Source: a bacterium (GTDB taxonomy: Bacteria; Actinomycetota; Acidimicrobiia; Spongiisociales; UBA5794). From it: a DNA stretch of 64,000 bases. The stretch lies in NCBI GenBank assembly GCA_024228555.1, contig JAAETI010000355.1, positions 3,602 to 67,601 on the forward strand, written 5' to 3'. This document shows, piece after piece, positions 32,948 to 41,832 of the stretch. The notes below the pieces were generated by a model. The model had not been told where the DNA came from. It ran no database searches and worked only from the letters and a program-made list of their open reading frames with translations. How positions within the stretch are numbered: the first letter of the stretch is position 1; every line of letters begins with the position of its first letter. The position numbers and the translations under genes are program-made.

Positions 32948-33667
32948 CTAGCCCGCTACCGGCACAGTGACGACGGTCACGTCGGGGGCGAGTAGACCGA
33001 CTGCATCAGTCACGGATCTTGCCGCCTGCTGATCTGCCGTCGAATTGGCCTTGGTCAATCCAATGAACACCCGGCTCCCCGCAGGGCAGGCCCGCAATGC
33101 GCCCTCGGGGTGCACCAGGATTGCAGCACAGTCAGCCGGGGTCAGAATGTGGTTCGAGTCGAGCCCCGTAAACCGCACCGCCTCTTCGATTCGATGGGTG
33201 ACCTCGCCGAGGGGTTGTCCCACGGCCTCGATTCCTACGAGGATCACAACGACCGTCGACAGCGATGGAATGACCGGCTCGTGTGCCGCGGGTGCCTTGA
33301 GCGGACGACCACGAGATCCATCGGCCTCGACAACGATGTAGTCGATCTTGGGTTCCTTGAACAGGTCGTCCACGACATCTGGGGGCGGCCCCGTTACCTT
33401 GTGATCATCGCCACCGGTGATGATCATTACCGGTCCTGGCTTGTCGAGAGCTTCGATCACATAGCGAGTGTCTGCCGACCGGCAGATAGTTTCTACCACC
33501 GTTGTTTGGTCTCTGCCCATCTTCGTGGTTGTCGTGAGAACAATCCGCTTCCCCGCCGCGGTCAGTTCATCGCCAAGCCTAAAGAGCATCGTCGACTTGC
33601 CGCCGCCACCGACCAGCGAGATGAGTTCGCGGTCACCAAGACCGAGGAGACCGGCTAGATCTGTCAT
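32948..33667 (-). CDS. selenium-dependent hydroxylase accessory protein YqeC family (P-loop)
   Basis: LISLVGGGGKSTMLFRLGDEL...RIVLTTTTKMG matches the YqeC (TIGR03172-type) pattern as I recall it. Confidence 0.7.
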   Translation of the reverse strand: MTDLAGLLGLGDRELISLVGGGGKSTMLFRLGDELTAAGKRIVLTTTTKMGRDQTTVVETICRSADTRYVIEALDKPGPVMIITGGDDHKVTGPPPDVVDDLFKEPKIDYIVVEADGSRGRPLKAPAAHEPVIPSLSTVVVILVGIEAVGQPLGEVTHRIEEAVRFTGLDSNHILTPADCAAILVHPEGALRACPAGSRVFIGLTKANSTADQQAARSVTDAVGLLAPDVTVVTVPVAG

Positions 33668-33670
33668 CTG

Positions 33671-34471
33671 CTAGCGATTCCCCAGCCAGGTGAGGGTCGC
33701 TTCGACGACACCGCCACCGATCGACAGCGCCTTGTCGGAAATCTCAAAGCATGCCGAGGAGTCGGCACGGGGATCAATATCGGCAAGCTTCCAATCCCAC
33801 TCGACCTCGTAGCCGGGGGCCAGCAGACCGCGCACGACACCCCCGATGCGTGACCTGATGGGGACCCCGTTGATATCGCCGAGCACGTCGCCTGCCGCAA
33901 CCATATCGGCGATCCCGACCTTCCAAGTGAGGATCCCGAATGTGGGTGCCCGCACGACGCGTTCGCTGGTCTTGCCCCCGATGACACCGGGCTCGCCGGT
34001 GTTTGCCGTGGCTTCACCGTCCCAGATCACCCGGCCCAGATAGTGGCCGCGCATGGTTTCGACAACAGCGTGACAGTCGGTGCCGGCGTTGAAGCCCGGG
34101 CCTAGTCCGATTACGAGTGGAGCGTCGTTGATGTTTGTGTCGATATTGCGTTTGGCAATCCTGGCGTCGACCACCACCGATGGCTCCCAGGGCAGTTGTA
34201 GCAGTGTTGGGCTGACAAGCACGGGGATGGCCCCCGACTTGGCGATCTCGAGCGCCTCATCGATATCGTCGACCCGGATCGCATCTAGGTCCTCGATCAG
34301 AGCGCGCTCCTCGATCACCGCAGCCGCCACCGAGACCGTGCGTCTGATTGCCAAGGGTTGTGCTAGTTCCAGCACCAGCACAGGGAACCCCGCACGGCGT
34401 AGCCGGTAGATCGTTCCTGTCGCCAAATCGCCGCCGCCCCTGACTACGACGAGGTGATCCTGGAAGAGCAT
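33671..34471 (-). CDS. selenium-dependent molybdenum hydroxylase system protein, YqeB family
   Basis: VVVRGGGDLATGTIYRLRRAGFPVLVLELAQPLAIRRTVS matches the YqeB/EF2563-family pattern. Its start overlaps the xdhC stop. Confidence 0.65.
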   Translation of the reverse strand: MLFQDHLVVVRGGGDLATGTIYRLRRAGFPVLVLELAQPLAIRRTVSVAAAVIEERALIEDLDAIRVDDIDEALEIAKSGAIPVLVSPTLLQLPWEPSVVVDARIAKRNIDTNINDAPLVIGLGPGFNAGTDCHAVVETMRGHYLGRVIWDGEATANTGEPGVIGGKTSERVVRAPTFGILTWKVGIADMVAAGDVLGDINGVPIRSRIGGVVRGLLAPGYEVEWDWKLADIDPRADSSACFEISDKALSIGGGVVEATLTWLGNR

Positions 34472-35262
34472 CAGTCGGCTTCCGATCTGTTCTTGCGAAT
34501 GACTTCGGAGAGGATCGATACTGCGATCTCCTCCAGAGTTTCGGCATTGAGTTCGATCCCGATTGGCACGTGGATCCTGTCGAGGTCCTCAGCCGTGATG
34601 TCGCCGGCTACCAGCTGTTCCTTTGTCGAACGCCACCGGGTGCGGCTACCCATGACACCGATGTACCGCGCTGGTGTTTCGAGCAACTCGGGGAGGATGC
34701 GGACATCCACCTCGGGGCTGCGCGTCACAACGATCACTGAAGTGTTCTCGGTAATCGGGTATTTGGCGATGGCGTCACTGACCGTCCCTGCGAAGCGAGA
34801 GTCGGCGTTGGGCATTGCCTCTTCGCTGACAAGATCGGGGCGATCGTCGACCGCAATTGTGCGATAGCCCAGCCAGTGGGCAAGATCGACAACGGTACGG
34901 CCGACATGACCGCAGCCGATTACGTAGACGGTGTGTGGTGGCATGTATGGCTCCAGGTATAGCGTGAGTTCGCCGCCGCAGATCCCAGGGTCGCCCTCTT
35001 TCGGATTGACCAATTCGTATTCGACAAGACGGGAGCGGCCCTCGGTTATTGTCTCGAGTGCCGTGGCGATCACCGTGGCCTCCATCTGTCCGCCGCCCAC
35101 AGTTCCCGTGGTTTCGCCGTCGCCGAAGACCAACATCTTGGTACCGGCATGGCGGGGCACCGACCGGCGGGTAGCGACGATCGTGGCCAAGACCACAGGA
35201 CGGTCGGCCTCGATGGCTGCATTGAGTTTGCGCAGGATCAGCGCATTGTCCGCAGCACTCAT
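34471..35262 (-). CDS. XdhC/CoxI family molybdenum cofactor insertion chaperone
   Basis: XdhC N-terminal domain plus XdhC Rossmann domain (VYVIGCGHVGRTVVDLAHWLGYRTIAVDDR). Confidence 0.85.
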   Translation of the reverse strand: MSAADNALILRKLNAAIEADRPVVLATIVATRRSVPRHAGTKMLVFGDGETTGTVGGGQMEATVIATALETITEGRSRLVEYELVNPKEGDPGICGGELTLYLEPYMPPHTVYVIGCGHVGRTVVDLAHWLGYRTIAVDDRPDLVSEEAMPNADSRFAGTVSDAIAKYPITENTSVIVVTRSPEVDVRILPELLETPARYIGVMGSRTRWRSTKEQLVAGDITAEDLDRIHVPIGIELNAETLEEIAVSILSEVIRKNRSEAD

Positions 35263-35265
35263 CTT

Positions 35266-38178
35266 CTAGCCCGATTGCATCGCCCGCCACACCCGTTCCG
35301 GGGTGAACGGGAGGTTGTCTATCTGTGTTCCGGTTGCGTTGAAGATGGCGTTGCGGATGGCGGGTGCCACACCGTCCTTGGGGATCTCTGCGATTGCTTT
35401 CGCACCGAACGGACCCGACTTCTCCATCGTCTGCACCATGTAGGCCTCGATCTGGGGCATCTCGTCTGCCCTGTAGATCTTGTACGGCCCAAAGCGGGCA
35501 TTGACCATGTTGCCTTCATCATCGAGGGCCATCTCCTCGCAGTGCCCGTAACCCAGCGCCTGCACCATGCCGCCTTCAACCTGGCCTGCCGATGTCAACG
35601 GGTTGATCGGGACACCGCAGTCGACAGCCATCACCAGGTTGTTGACGGTCACCTGGCCGGTGTCGATGTCGACCTCGATCTCCGCAAACTGGGCCGCATA
35701 TGGTGGTGGCGAGTCGGGGGCAACGTACGAAGCGGTCGCCATGATCTGGTGCTGATCGTCTTGATGCAGCGAGTGCAGCGCAACTTCAGCGAGGGTTACG
35801 GAACGGCCATCGGGGGCAAAGGCCGCCTTCTCCTTGAGCTCAATGTCGCCAGGCGAGTCGACGTCGAGCATGATCGCTGCCCTGGTGACGATCTGGCGAT
35901 GAACCTCGTCGGCCGCCTTCTTGACGGCCATGCCCGACACGTAGGTCGTCGAGGAGGCGTAGGCACCGACATCGAACGGTGTCATGTCGGTGTCGGCTGC
36001 GTAGACGACGATCTCTTCGGTCGGCACGCCGAGCACCTCGGCTGCCATCTGCGCCAGGATCGTGTCGGCCCCTGTGCCCAGGTCGGTGGCACCCATCAAC
36101 AGGTTGAACGAACCGTCATCGTTGATCTTGATGCTGGCTCCACCCATGTCGAGCCCAGAGATGGCGCTGCCGTGCATGCACATCGCAAACCCGAGACCAC
36201 GCCGGATGTTGGGTCGATCCGCCGGTTGTACCCAAGCGGGGTCGTTGCGACGGTGCCAGGCGACGGCACGCTGACCTTGCACGACACACTCGTCCATGCC
36301 GCTGGAGGTCACTACGGGGACGAACTTCATGTCGGCGGCGCCTTCACCCAATTCGGCTGCCACGTCGAGAGGGTCACCGACCTTGGTCCAGTTCTTGCGA
36401 CGGAACTCGAGAACATCCATACCCAGTTCGGTAGCGATGTCATCCATGTGCGATTCGAGAGCAAACAACGCTTGCGGAGCCCCGTAGCCGCGGTAGGCGC
36501 CGGCCACCGGAGTGTTGGTGTAGGCAACGTCGCAATCGAACTTCTTGTTGGGGCAGTTGTAGGTGCTGAGGCCGCGCAGACCGCTCACCATCTGCACCGT
36601 CAGCGAGTGCGTTCCATACGGGCCAGTGTTGCCGACCGTGCGCATACGTTGTGCGACCAGGGTGCCGTCGTTGCTGACGCCGGTGGTGAAAGTGATCGTC
36701 TGCGGATGACGAGTTCGGCTCGAGACGAACTCCTCTTGCCTGTTGAGTTCCATACGGACCGGCTTGCCGGTAGCAATGGCCAGGTGGCCGACGATGTCCT
36801 CGATCAACATCTCCTGCTTCACGCCAAAGCCACCGCCGATGCGGGGCTTGACGATACGAATGTCGCGAACCGGCATTCCGAGCAGTGGAGCGACCATGCG
36901 ACGCACGTGGAAGGGAACCTGCGTAGAGGTCCTGATGACCATTCGCTCGTCGCTGTCCAGCCAGGCAATGGCGATGTGCGGCTCGATGGGTGCTTGCTGC
37001 ACCTGATGAACCCTGAAGACCCGTTCGAAGACTCGATCAGCGGCGGCGAGACCGGCTTCAATGTCGCCGACCTCAGCGTCGATGTGAGTGACGATGTTGC
37101 GGGCCGGGTCGTGGGCACCTTCCATCTCGTCTTCGTCGTGGATGATCGGAGCGTTCCCTGAGATGGCCTCGTTCTCGTCGAAGACCGCTGGCAGCACCTC
37201 GTACTCGACTTCGATCAGCTTGACTGCTGCTTCGGCGATTTCGATGCTATCGGCGGCGACAACGGCGACCCGATCACCGACATGGCGAACCTTGTTGTCG
37301 AAGCTCACCTGGTCGTAGGGGAGCGGGTTCGGGTAGCTCTGTCCACCCGAGGCGTAGCGGATCCTGGCAACGTTCTCGTGATGCAGGACGGCTTTCACAC
37401 CGGGAAGGGAGCGTGCCTTGGAGTCGTCGATTGCGACGATGCGGGCGTGGGCGTGCGGGCTGTAGAGCATCTTGGCGTAGAGCATCCCCCGCATCTCGAT
37501 GTCATCGACGAAGGCTGGGTTTCCCTTAGCGAGCTTCACCGCATCGACCTTGCGTTCGGGCTTCCCAACGACATTGGTCTCGGGGACCTCGGGGCTGGGA
37601 ACGACACGTGGTGCCAACGGATCGAGGTTCAGCGCCGGATTGGCTGCTGACATATCCGGCGTCCCTCCGAGTGCCACCAGCGGCTCCACTATGGCGGGTT
37701 CAACCGGTTCCGGCTTCTCGCCCCGCAGCATGGCGGCAGCCCGCAACACGGCGTGAACAGGGCGCAGATAACCGGTCTCCCTGTCCAGGATCCCGGAGAG
37801 GGCATCGCGGACCTCAGCCTCGGTGGGGTTCGGATTGGAGTCGATCAGCGCCTTGGCGGCGAGGATGGTTGCAGGCGTTGAGTAACCCGACTGGATAGCT
37901 CCGCTGGACACAAACGCTTCTTGGATGGGGTGCAAGCCGCGGGGTAGATTTAGGCCCTCGAGTGTCTCGACTGCGTGCCCATCGGCTTGTGCCGCCAGCA
38001 TCACCTCAGATGAGACAAGACGACCGTCGAGCAGGATCGCATCGGCTCCGGTCTCGCCGGTTTCGGCACCGAAGCGGACGCTGAAGAACCCCTCACGACG
38101 CAGCACTGCACGGAGTGACTCGTGTGGCTGGCATTCATAGGTGCGCTGGTCCCCGTTGACGGTGAGGTTGATGTTCAT
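35266..38178 (-). CDS. molybdenum hydroxylase MoCo subunit fused to a cysteine-less (degenerate) [2Fe-2S] ferredoxin-like domain
   Basis: The MoCo domain is intact (GGGFGVKQE, GAKAIAEIP). In the N-terminal Fer2/Fer2_2-like region every Fe-S ligand Cys is replaced. GADA replaces CGAC, SGYSTPA replaces CGFCTPG, and LDRETGY replaces LCRCTGY. Confidence 0.9.
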   Translation of the reverse strand: MNINLTVNGDQRTYECQPHESLRAVLRREGFFSVRFGAETGETGADAILLDGRLVSSEVMLAAQADGHAVETLEGLNLPRGLHPIQEAFVSSGAIQSGYSTPATILAAKALIDSNPNPTEAEVRDALSGILDRETGYLRPVHAVLRAAAMLRGEKPEPVEPAIVEPLVALGGTPDMSAANPALNLDPLAPRVVPSPEVPETNVVGKPERKVDAVKLAKGNPAFVDDIEMRGMLYAKMLYSPHAHARIVAIDDSKARSLPGVKAVLHHENVARIRYASGGQSYPNPLPYDQVSFDNKVRHVGDRVAVVAADSIEIAEAAVKLIEVEYEVLPAVFDENEAISGNAPIIHDEDEMEGAHDPARNIVTHIDAEVGDIEAGLAAADRVFERVFRVHQVQQAPIEPHIAIAWLDSDERMVIRTSTQVPFHVRRMVAPLLGMPVRDIRIVKPRIGGGFGVKQEMLIEDIVGHLAIATGKPVRMELNRQEEFVSSRTRHPQTITFTTGVSNDGTLVAQRMRTVGNTGPYGTHSLTVQMVSGLRGLSTYNCPNKKFDCDVAYTNTPVAGAYRGYGAPQALFALESHMDDIATELGMDVLEFRRKNWTKVGDPLDVAAELGEGAADMKFVPVVTSSGMDECVVQGQRAVAWHRRNDPAWVQPADRPNIRRGLGFAMCMHGSAISGLDMGGASIKINDDGSFNLLMGATDLGTGADTILAQMAAEVLGVPTEEIVVYAADTDMTPFDVGAYASSTTYVSGMAVKKAADEVHRQIVTRAAIMLDVDSPGDIELKEKAAFAPDGRSVTLAEVALHSLHQDDQHQIMATASYVAPDSPPPYAAQFAEIEVDIDTGQVTVNNLVMAVDCGVPINPLTSAGQVEGGMVQALGYGHCEEMALDDEGNMVNARFGPYKIYRADEMPQIEAYMVQTMEKSGPFGAKAIAEIPKDGVAPAIRNAIFNATGTQIDNLPFTPERVWRAMQSG

Positions 38179-38918
38179 GCGGAACCTCCGAGTTGGTCGG
38201 CGACTCGTCTGACGAGCACCTCGGCGAGCTGTCGGCGGTATTCGCTCGTTCCGCGGAAGTCGGCTGGCGGGTCGAGCGATGAGACACTGTCGACACTGAC
38301 GAGAACTGGAGTCGCGGCCACTCCGGTCAGGGCGATACGAAGACCGGTGGCGACGATACGGCCGGCGGCTGCCACGATCGACGTGTCGGCGGGCGTCCTT
38401 CCCGTGCGCTCGGCAGCGGTCGCGCCACCAATAGCAACGGTGACCGTCGTGACTACCGCCCTATCAAGCACCGAGAAGTCGGCGAGAAGATCTTCGAGAG
38501 CGAGGTCACGGGATCCCGACGAATCGGCAACGGTCACCAGAGCTTCGTGGACGAGAAGCCCAGCGAGAAGCTCGCTTTCCGGGTCGCCTTCGGCAACGGT
38601 CCCGCCGACGGTAGAAACGTTGCGCAGTGTGTTGGGACCCTCCCGCTTGGCAAGGGCGGTCAGCAGAGGCGGGGTGTCGTCGTGATCGATGAGGTCCTGA
38701 AGCCGTGTCATGGCGCCGAAGCCGACGCGGTCACCATCACGGGAAATGCCCGCAGCGACAGCTGCTTGCAGGTCAACCACCTCGGTATTGGCAGGGAGAT
38801 CGGTGGTGTTCACCGCGGTGCCTCCAGCGAGAACTGTCGTGGTGACATCGGTTCTTGCAAGCAATACGATCGCCTCGTCGAGCGTTGCGGGCCGGTGGTA
38901 CGAACTGATGCGATTCAT
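38175..38918 (-). CDS. molybdenum hydroxylase FAD-binding subunit (CoxM/YgfM-like)
   Basis: FAD_binding_5-like motifs LAGGTAV...STVGGTVA. The gene is first in the operon and overlaps the next gene by 4 nt. Confidence 0.8.
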   Translation of the reverse strand: MNRISSYHRPATLDEAIVLLARTDVTTTVLAGGTAVNTTDLPANTEVVDLQAAVAAGISRDGDRVGFGAMTRLQDLIDHDDTPPLLTALAKREGPNTLRNVSTVGGTVAEGDPESELLAGLLVHEALVTVADSSGSRDLALEDLLADFSVLDRAVVTTVTVAIGGATAAERTGRTPADTSIVAAAGRIVATGLRIALTGVAATPVLVSVDSVSSLDPPADFRGTSEYRRQLAEVLVRRVADQLGGSA

Positions 38919-39091
38919 GTGAGTTTCTCCGCTGCTCGACTGGTGTATCCAGGATAGTTGGTGGGATCTCGGTGCATTCCAAGTACAGCCGGATTCGCCT
39001 ATCCCTCGATATTTCTGATTCCCATTGGGAAGTTACGATCGGCTTGCTTCAGGTTCTCGTCCCGACGGCCATCAACTCCACTCGCCGGTCA

Positions 39092-39289
39092 GTGTGCATC
39101 GGCGATGACGGGTTCCTTCTGGTCACCGATCGGCTCAAGGACATCATCATCGAGTCGTTTGCTCCTCTGGATCGTGAGTTCTCGCAAGAGGACAGCAAGA
39201 TCACACCGACACAGAAGATCCGTCGCCGCTTCGTGGAGCAGAGCTTTGCTGACGAGACCGATGCGGTGTACGCCACCGCAGGCACGTGA
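39092..39289 (+). pseudogene. remnant of long-chain acyl-CoA synthetase (FadD) C-terminus
   Basis: DDGFLLVTDRLKDIIIES joins directly to EFSQEDSKITPTQKIRRRFVEQSFADETDAVYA. This has the typical FadD C-terminal residues, but the central ~80 aa are missing and there is no N-terminal body. Confidence 0.5.
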
Positions 39290-39308
39290 ACCGCCTATCT
39301 TGCGACCC

Positions 39309-39890
39309 ATGATTGGTGGCATTGTCCTTGCGGCCGGCCTATCAGAGAGGATGGTCGGCGACGTACCCAAGCAGCTCTTGCCGCTTGGTGATGTCCCGAT
39401 TGTGGCCGTCACCGTTGGCCACGCCGAGGCGTCATCCCTTGACCAGGTTGTGGTTGTCACCGGTCACCGCGGCGCCGAGGTGGCGGCGGCCGTGTCCGAT
39501 AGTCGAGCGATCGTGGTCGCGAACCCCGATTACCGCCAAGGGAACATGACCTCGTTCCGTGCTGGTTTTTTGGCGCAGGCCGAATGCGATGCCTATGTGA
39601 TTCTTCTTGCAGACATGCCAACGGTGACTAGCGAGATGATCAATCGCTTTGTCGACCTGTGGACTCACGCCCGTCCGTGGGCGGCGGTAGCCCGATACCG
39701 GGAGGGGCCTGCTCATCCATTGCTTCTGTCTGCAGATGCGATTGCGGAGGCGATTGCGATGGAGGGGGCCAAAGGTGTGTGGCGCTTTCTCGCCGCGGCT
39801 CCTGCAGATCAAGTGGCTGAGGTTCTGTTCGACCAGGCAACGCCGCCCGACATCAACACCGTCGAGGACTACGAGCGAGTCACGCCCTAG
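39309..39890 (+). CDS. mocA: MocA-type molybdenum cofactor cytidylyltransferase (nucleotidyltransferase family)
   Basis: MIGGIVLAAGLSERMVGDVPKQLLPLGDVPIV MobA-like fold. It is encoded divergently from the hydroxylase operon. Confidence 0.8.
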   Translation: MIGGIVLAAGLSERMVGDVPKQLLPLGDVPIVAVTVGHAEASSLDQVVVVTGHRGAEVAAAVSDSRAIVVANPDYRQGNMTSFRAGFLAQAECDAYVILLADMPTVTSEMINRFVDLWTHARPWAAVARYREGPAHPLLLSADAIAEAIAMEGAKGVWRFLAAAPADQVAEVLFDQATPPDINTVEDYERVTP

Positions 39891-41032
39891 AGATCCTCGA
39901 GCCAGGCTCGAATCGTCGCACCGTGCTCGTCGAGATCGGGAGGCGGGAGCTTGCTCCCCACTTCACTGTCCGAGAGTCGGATAGGCGACCGCACCCCCCG
40001 AGCATCGGATCCGGCAAACCCGACGATCGGGTCGAGGTCATTGTCGGTGGCCCATGCGAACGCTGCATCGATGTTGTTGATAGGACCGGCCGGGACACCT
40101 TCGGTGCGCAATGCCGCTATCCAATGGTCGGCTGGTTTGGTGTCAAAGGTTCGCTGCAACTCGCTCTCGAGTGTATCGATGTTGTTGCGTCGGTCGCTGT
40201 TGGAGGAAAACCGAGGGTCACCGGACAGGTCTTCTCTGTCGATCGCAGTGCAAGTCCGCAGCCACATTCGGTCGTTGGCGGCGGCGAGAACAAAGGCTCG
40301 ATCCGATGCTTGGAACGATTGGTAGGGGGCGATGGAGGGATGTCGATTGCCCTGGGCGGACCCGACGACCCCAGCATTGATGAACGCAGACCCTTGGTTG
40401 AGGAGAGAGTTGAGCGCTGAATCAAACAATGAGACGTCGACTCGTTGCCCCCGGCCGGTAACCGCTCGCTGTTGCAGTGCGGCGAGAACGCCGATCGTTG
40501 CATAGAGACCCGCAGTCATGTCGGTGATGGCAGCCCCGACCTTGGTCGGCGGATTGTCGGGCTGGCCGGTGACGCTCATGATGCCGCTCATCGCCTGGAT
40601 CAGGAGGTCATATCCGGCAAGTTTCGCGGTGGGCCCCTCGGGGGCAAATCCGGAGATGGAGCAGTAGATCAAGCCAGGGTTGGAGCTGCTCAGCCGGCCG
40701 TAGCCGAGACCGAACTGATCCATGAGCCCGGAGCGGAAGTTCTCGATCACGACGTCGGCTCGCACCGCCAACTTCCGCGCCAGTTCCAGATCCAGGGGGT
40801 TCTTGAGATCAAGCGCAATGCTGCGCTTCCCGCGGTTGAGGCCTAGGTAATAGGTCGAGTCGCCGGATTCGGTCCATGGTGGTCCCCACGAACGGGTGTC
40901 ATCTCCATTGTGCGGTCGTTCGACCTTGACGACGTTGGCACCGAGATCGGCGAGATTCATCGAAACGATCGGTGCGGCAAGGACTCGGGAGAAGTCGGCG
41001 ACAAGCAGCCCGGAGAGAGGTTGGCCGGCTAT
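39887..41032 (-). CDS. CaiB/BaiF family (class III) CoA-transferase; start codon unresolved
   Basis: The first ATG gives MNLADLGANVVKVERP. The conserved N-terminus (PLSGLLVADFSRVLAAPIVS) continues upstream in frame, with no ATG/GTG/TTG before the next stop. Confidence 0.75.
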   Translation of the reverse strand: MAGQPLSGLLVADFSRVLAAPIVSMNLADLGANVVKVERPHNGDDTRSWGPPWTESGDSTYYLGLNRGKRSIALDLKNPLDLELARKLAVRADVVIENFRSGLMDQFGLGYGRLSSSNPGLIYCSISGFAPEGPTAKLAGYDLLIQAMSGIMSVTGQPDNPPTKVGAAITDMTAGLYATIGVLAALQQRAVTGRGQRVDVSLFDSALNSLLNQGSAFINAGVVGSAQGNRHPSIAPYQSFQASDRAFVLAAANDRMWLRTCTAIDREDLSGDPRFSSNSDRRNNIDTLESELQRTFDTKPADHWIAALRTEGVPAGPINNIDAAFAWATDNDLDPIVGFAGSDARGVRSPIRLSDSEVGSKLPPPDLDEHGATIRAWLEDL

Positions 41033-41403
41033 GCCAGTAGCTCGAGGGCTCGGTCGAGAGTGTCGGCAGGGTCCAACAGTTCGACGACACTTGGAGCATC
41101 GGGGAGGCGGTCCCTAATGGAGTCGTGCATAGTTGCGGGGACCACGAGGAGAAGCGGAATGCTGTAGGTCCGGCAGATGTGGAATACGTCCTGTGCCTGG
41201 ATGGCGTCGCCTTTTTGGGCGCAGATCTTGTGAACATAGCCCATGAGAAGAGCGTGGCGATTCTGGTTGTCGATCCGAGTGATGCTCATGCCGTGTCGGT
41301 CCGATCCGTTGGAGATCGGCACGGTGTCGTACCCGTTGATTACGAGATTGGTGAGCAGCGTCGAGTCTGTTCCTTCGAAGTAGCCGACTGATTTGCGTGT
41401 CAT
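41029..41403 (-). CDS. conserved hypothetical protein, tandem paralog 1
   Basis: MTRKSVGYFEGTDSTLLT...ICRTYSIPLLLVVP...LDRALELLA. About 55% identical to the neighbouring ORF. Confidence 0.6.
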   Translation of the reverse strand: MTRKSVGYFEGTDSTLLTNLVINGYDTVPISNGSDRHGMSITRIDNQNRHALLMGYVHKICAQKGDAIQAQDVFHICRTYSIPLLLVVPATMHDSIRDRLPDAPSVVELLDPADTLDRALELLA

Positions 41404-41408
41404 AGTGC

Positions 41409-41786
41409 CTATGCCAACAGGGCCAGTGCCCGGTCGAGAATCTCGCTCGGGTCAAGGAATTCGACGACATCGGGAGCGTCGGGCATCAACTCCTGGGCTT
41501 TCTCCTTGAGATCATTGGGGACCTCGAGCAGAAGCGGGATGCTGTATGTGCGGCAGATTCGAAAGACCTCCTGATAGGGCAGGTCGTACTCAACCGGCGC
41601 ATACAACTTGTGTATGTAGCCGATGAGAATGTCGTACTTCTCTTGCGAGTTGATCCGACGAACATTCTTGCCGTGGTGATCGACGCCGTTCGACACGGGC
41701 AGTGTGTCAAAGCCTGAGCAAATAAGACCCGTCAACAGCGTCGAGTCTGTCCCTTCGAAATATCCAACTGACTTTCTAGTCATCAT
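41409..41786 (-). CDS. conserved hypothetical protein, tandem paralog 2
   Basis: MMTRKSVGYFEGTDSTLLT...ICRTYSIPLLLEVP...LDRALALLA. Confidence 0.6.
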   Translation of the reverse strand: MMTRKSVGYFEGTDSTLLTGLICSGFDTLPVSNGVDHHGKNVRRINSQEKYDILIGYIHKLYAPVEYDLPYQEVFRICRTYSIPLLLEVPNDLKEKAQELMPDAPDVVEFLDPSEILDRALALLA

Positions 41787-41832
41787 GCCTCCACCGCATT
41801 ATCGCGGACCTCAGAGCACCTAAATCCGCTAG

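Noticed and set aside
35149-37161. 670-aa + strand ORF
   Set aside because: It is antisense to the XdhD-like gene and has no motifs. Long antisense ORFs are expected at this GC content.
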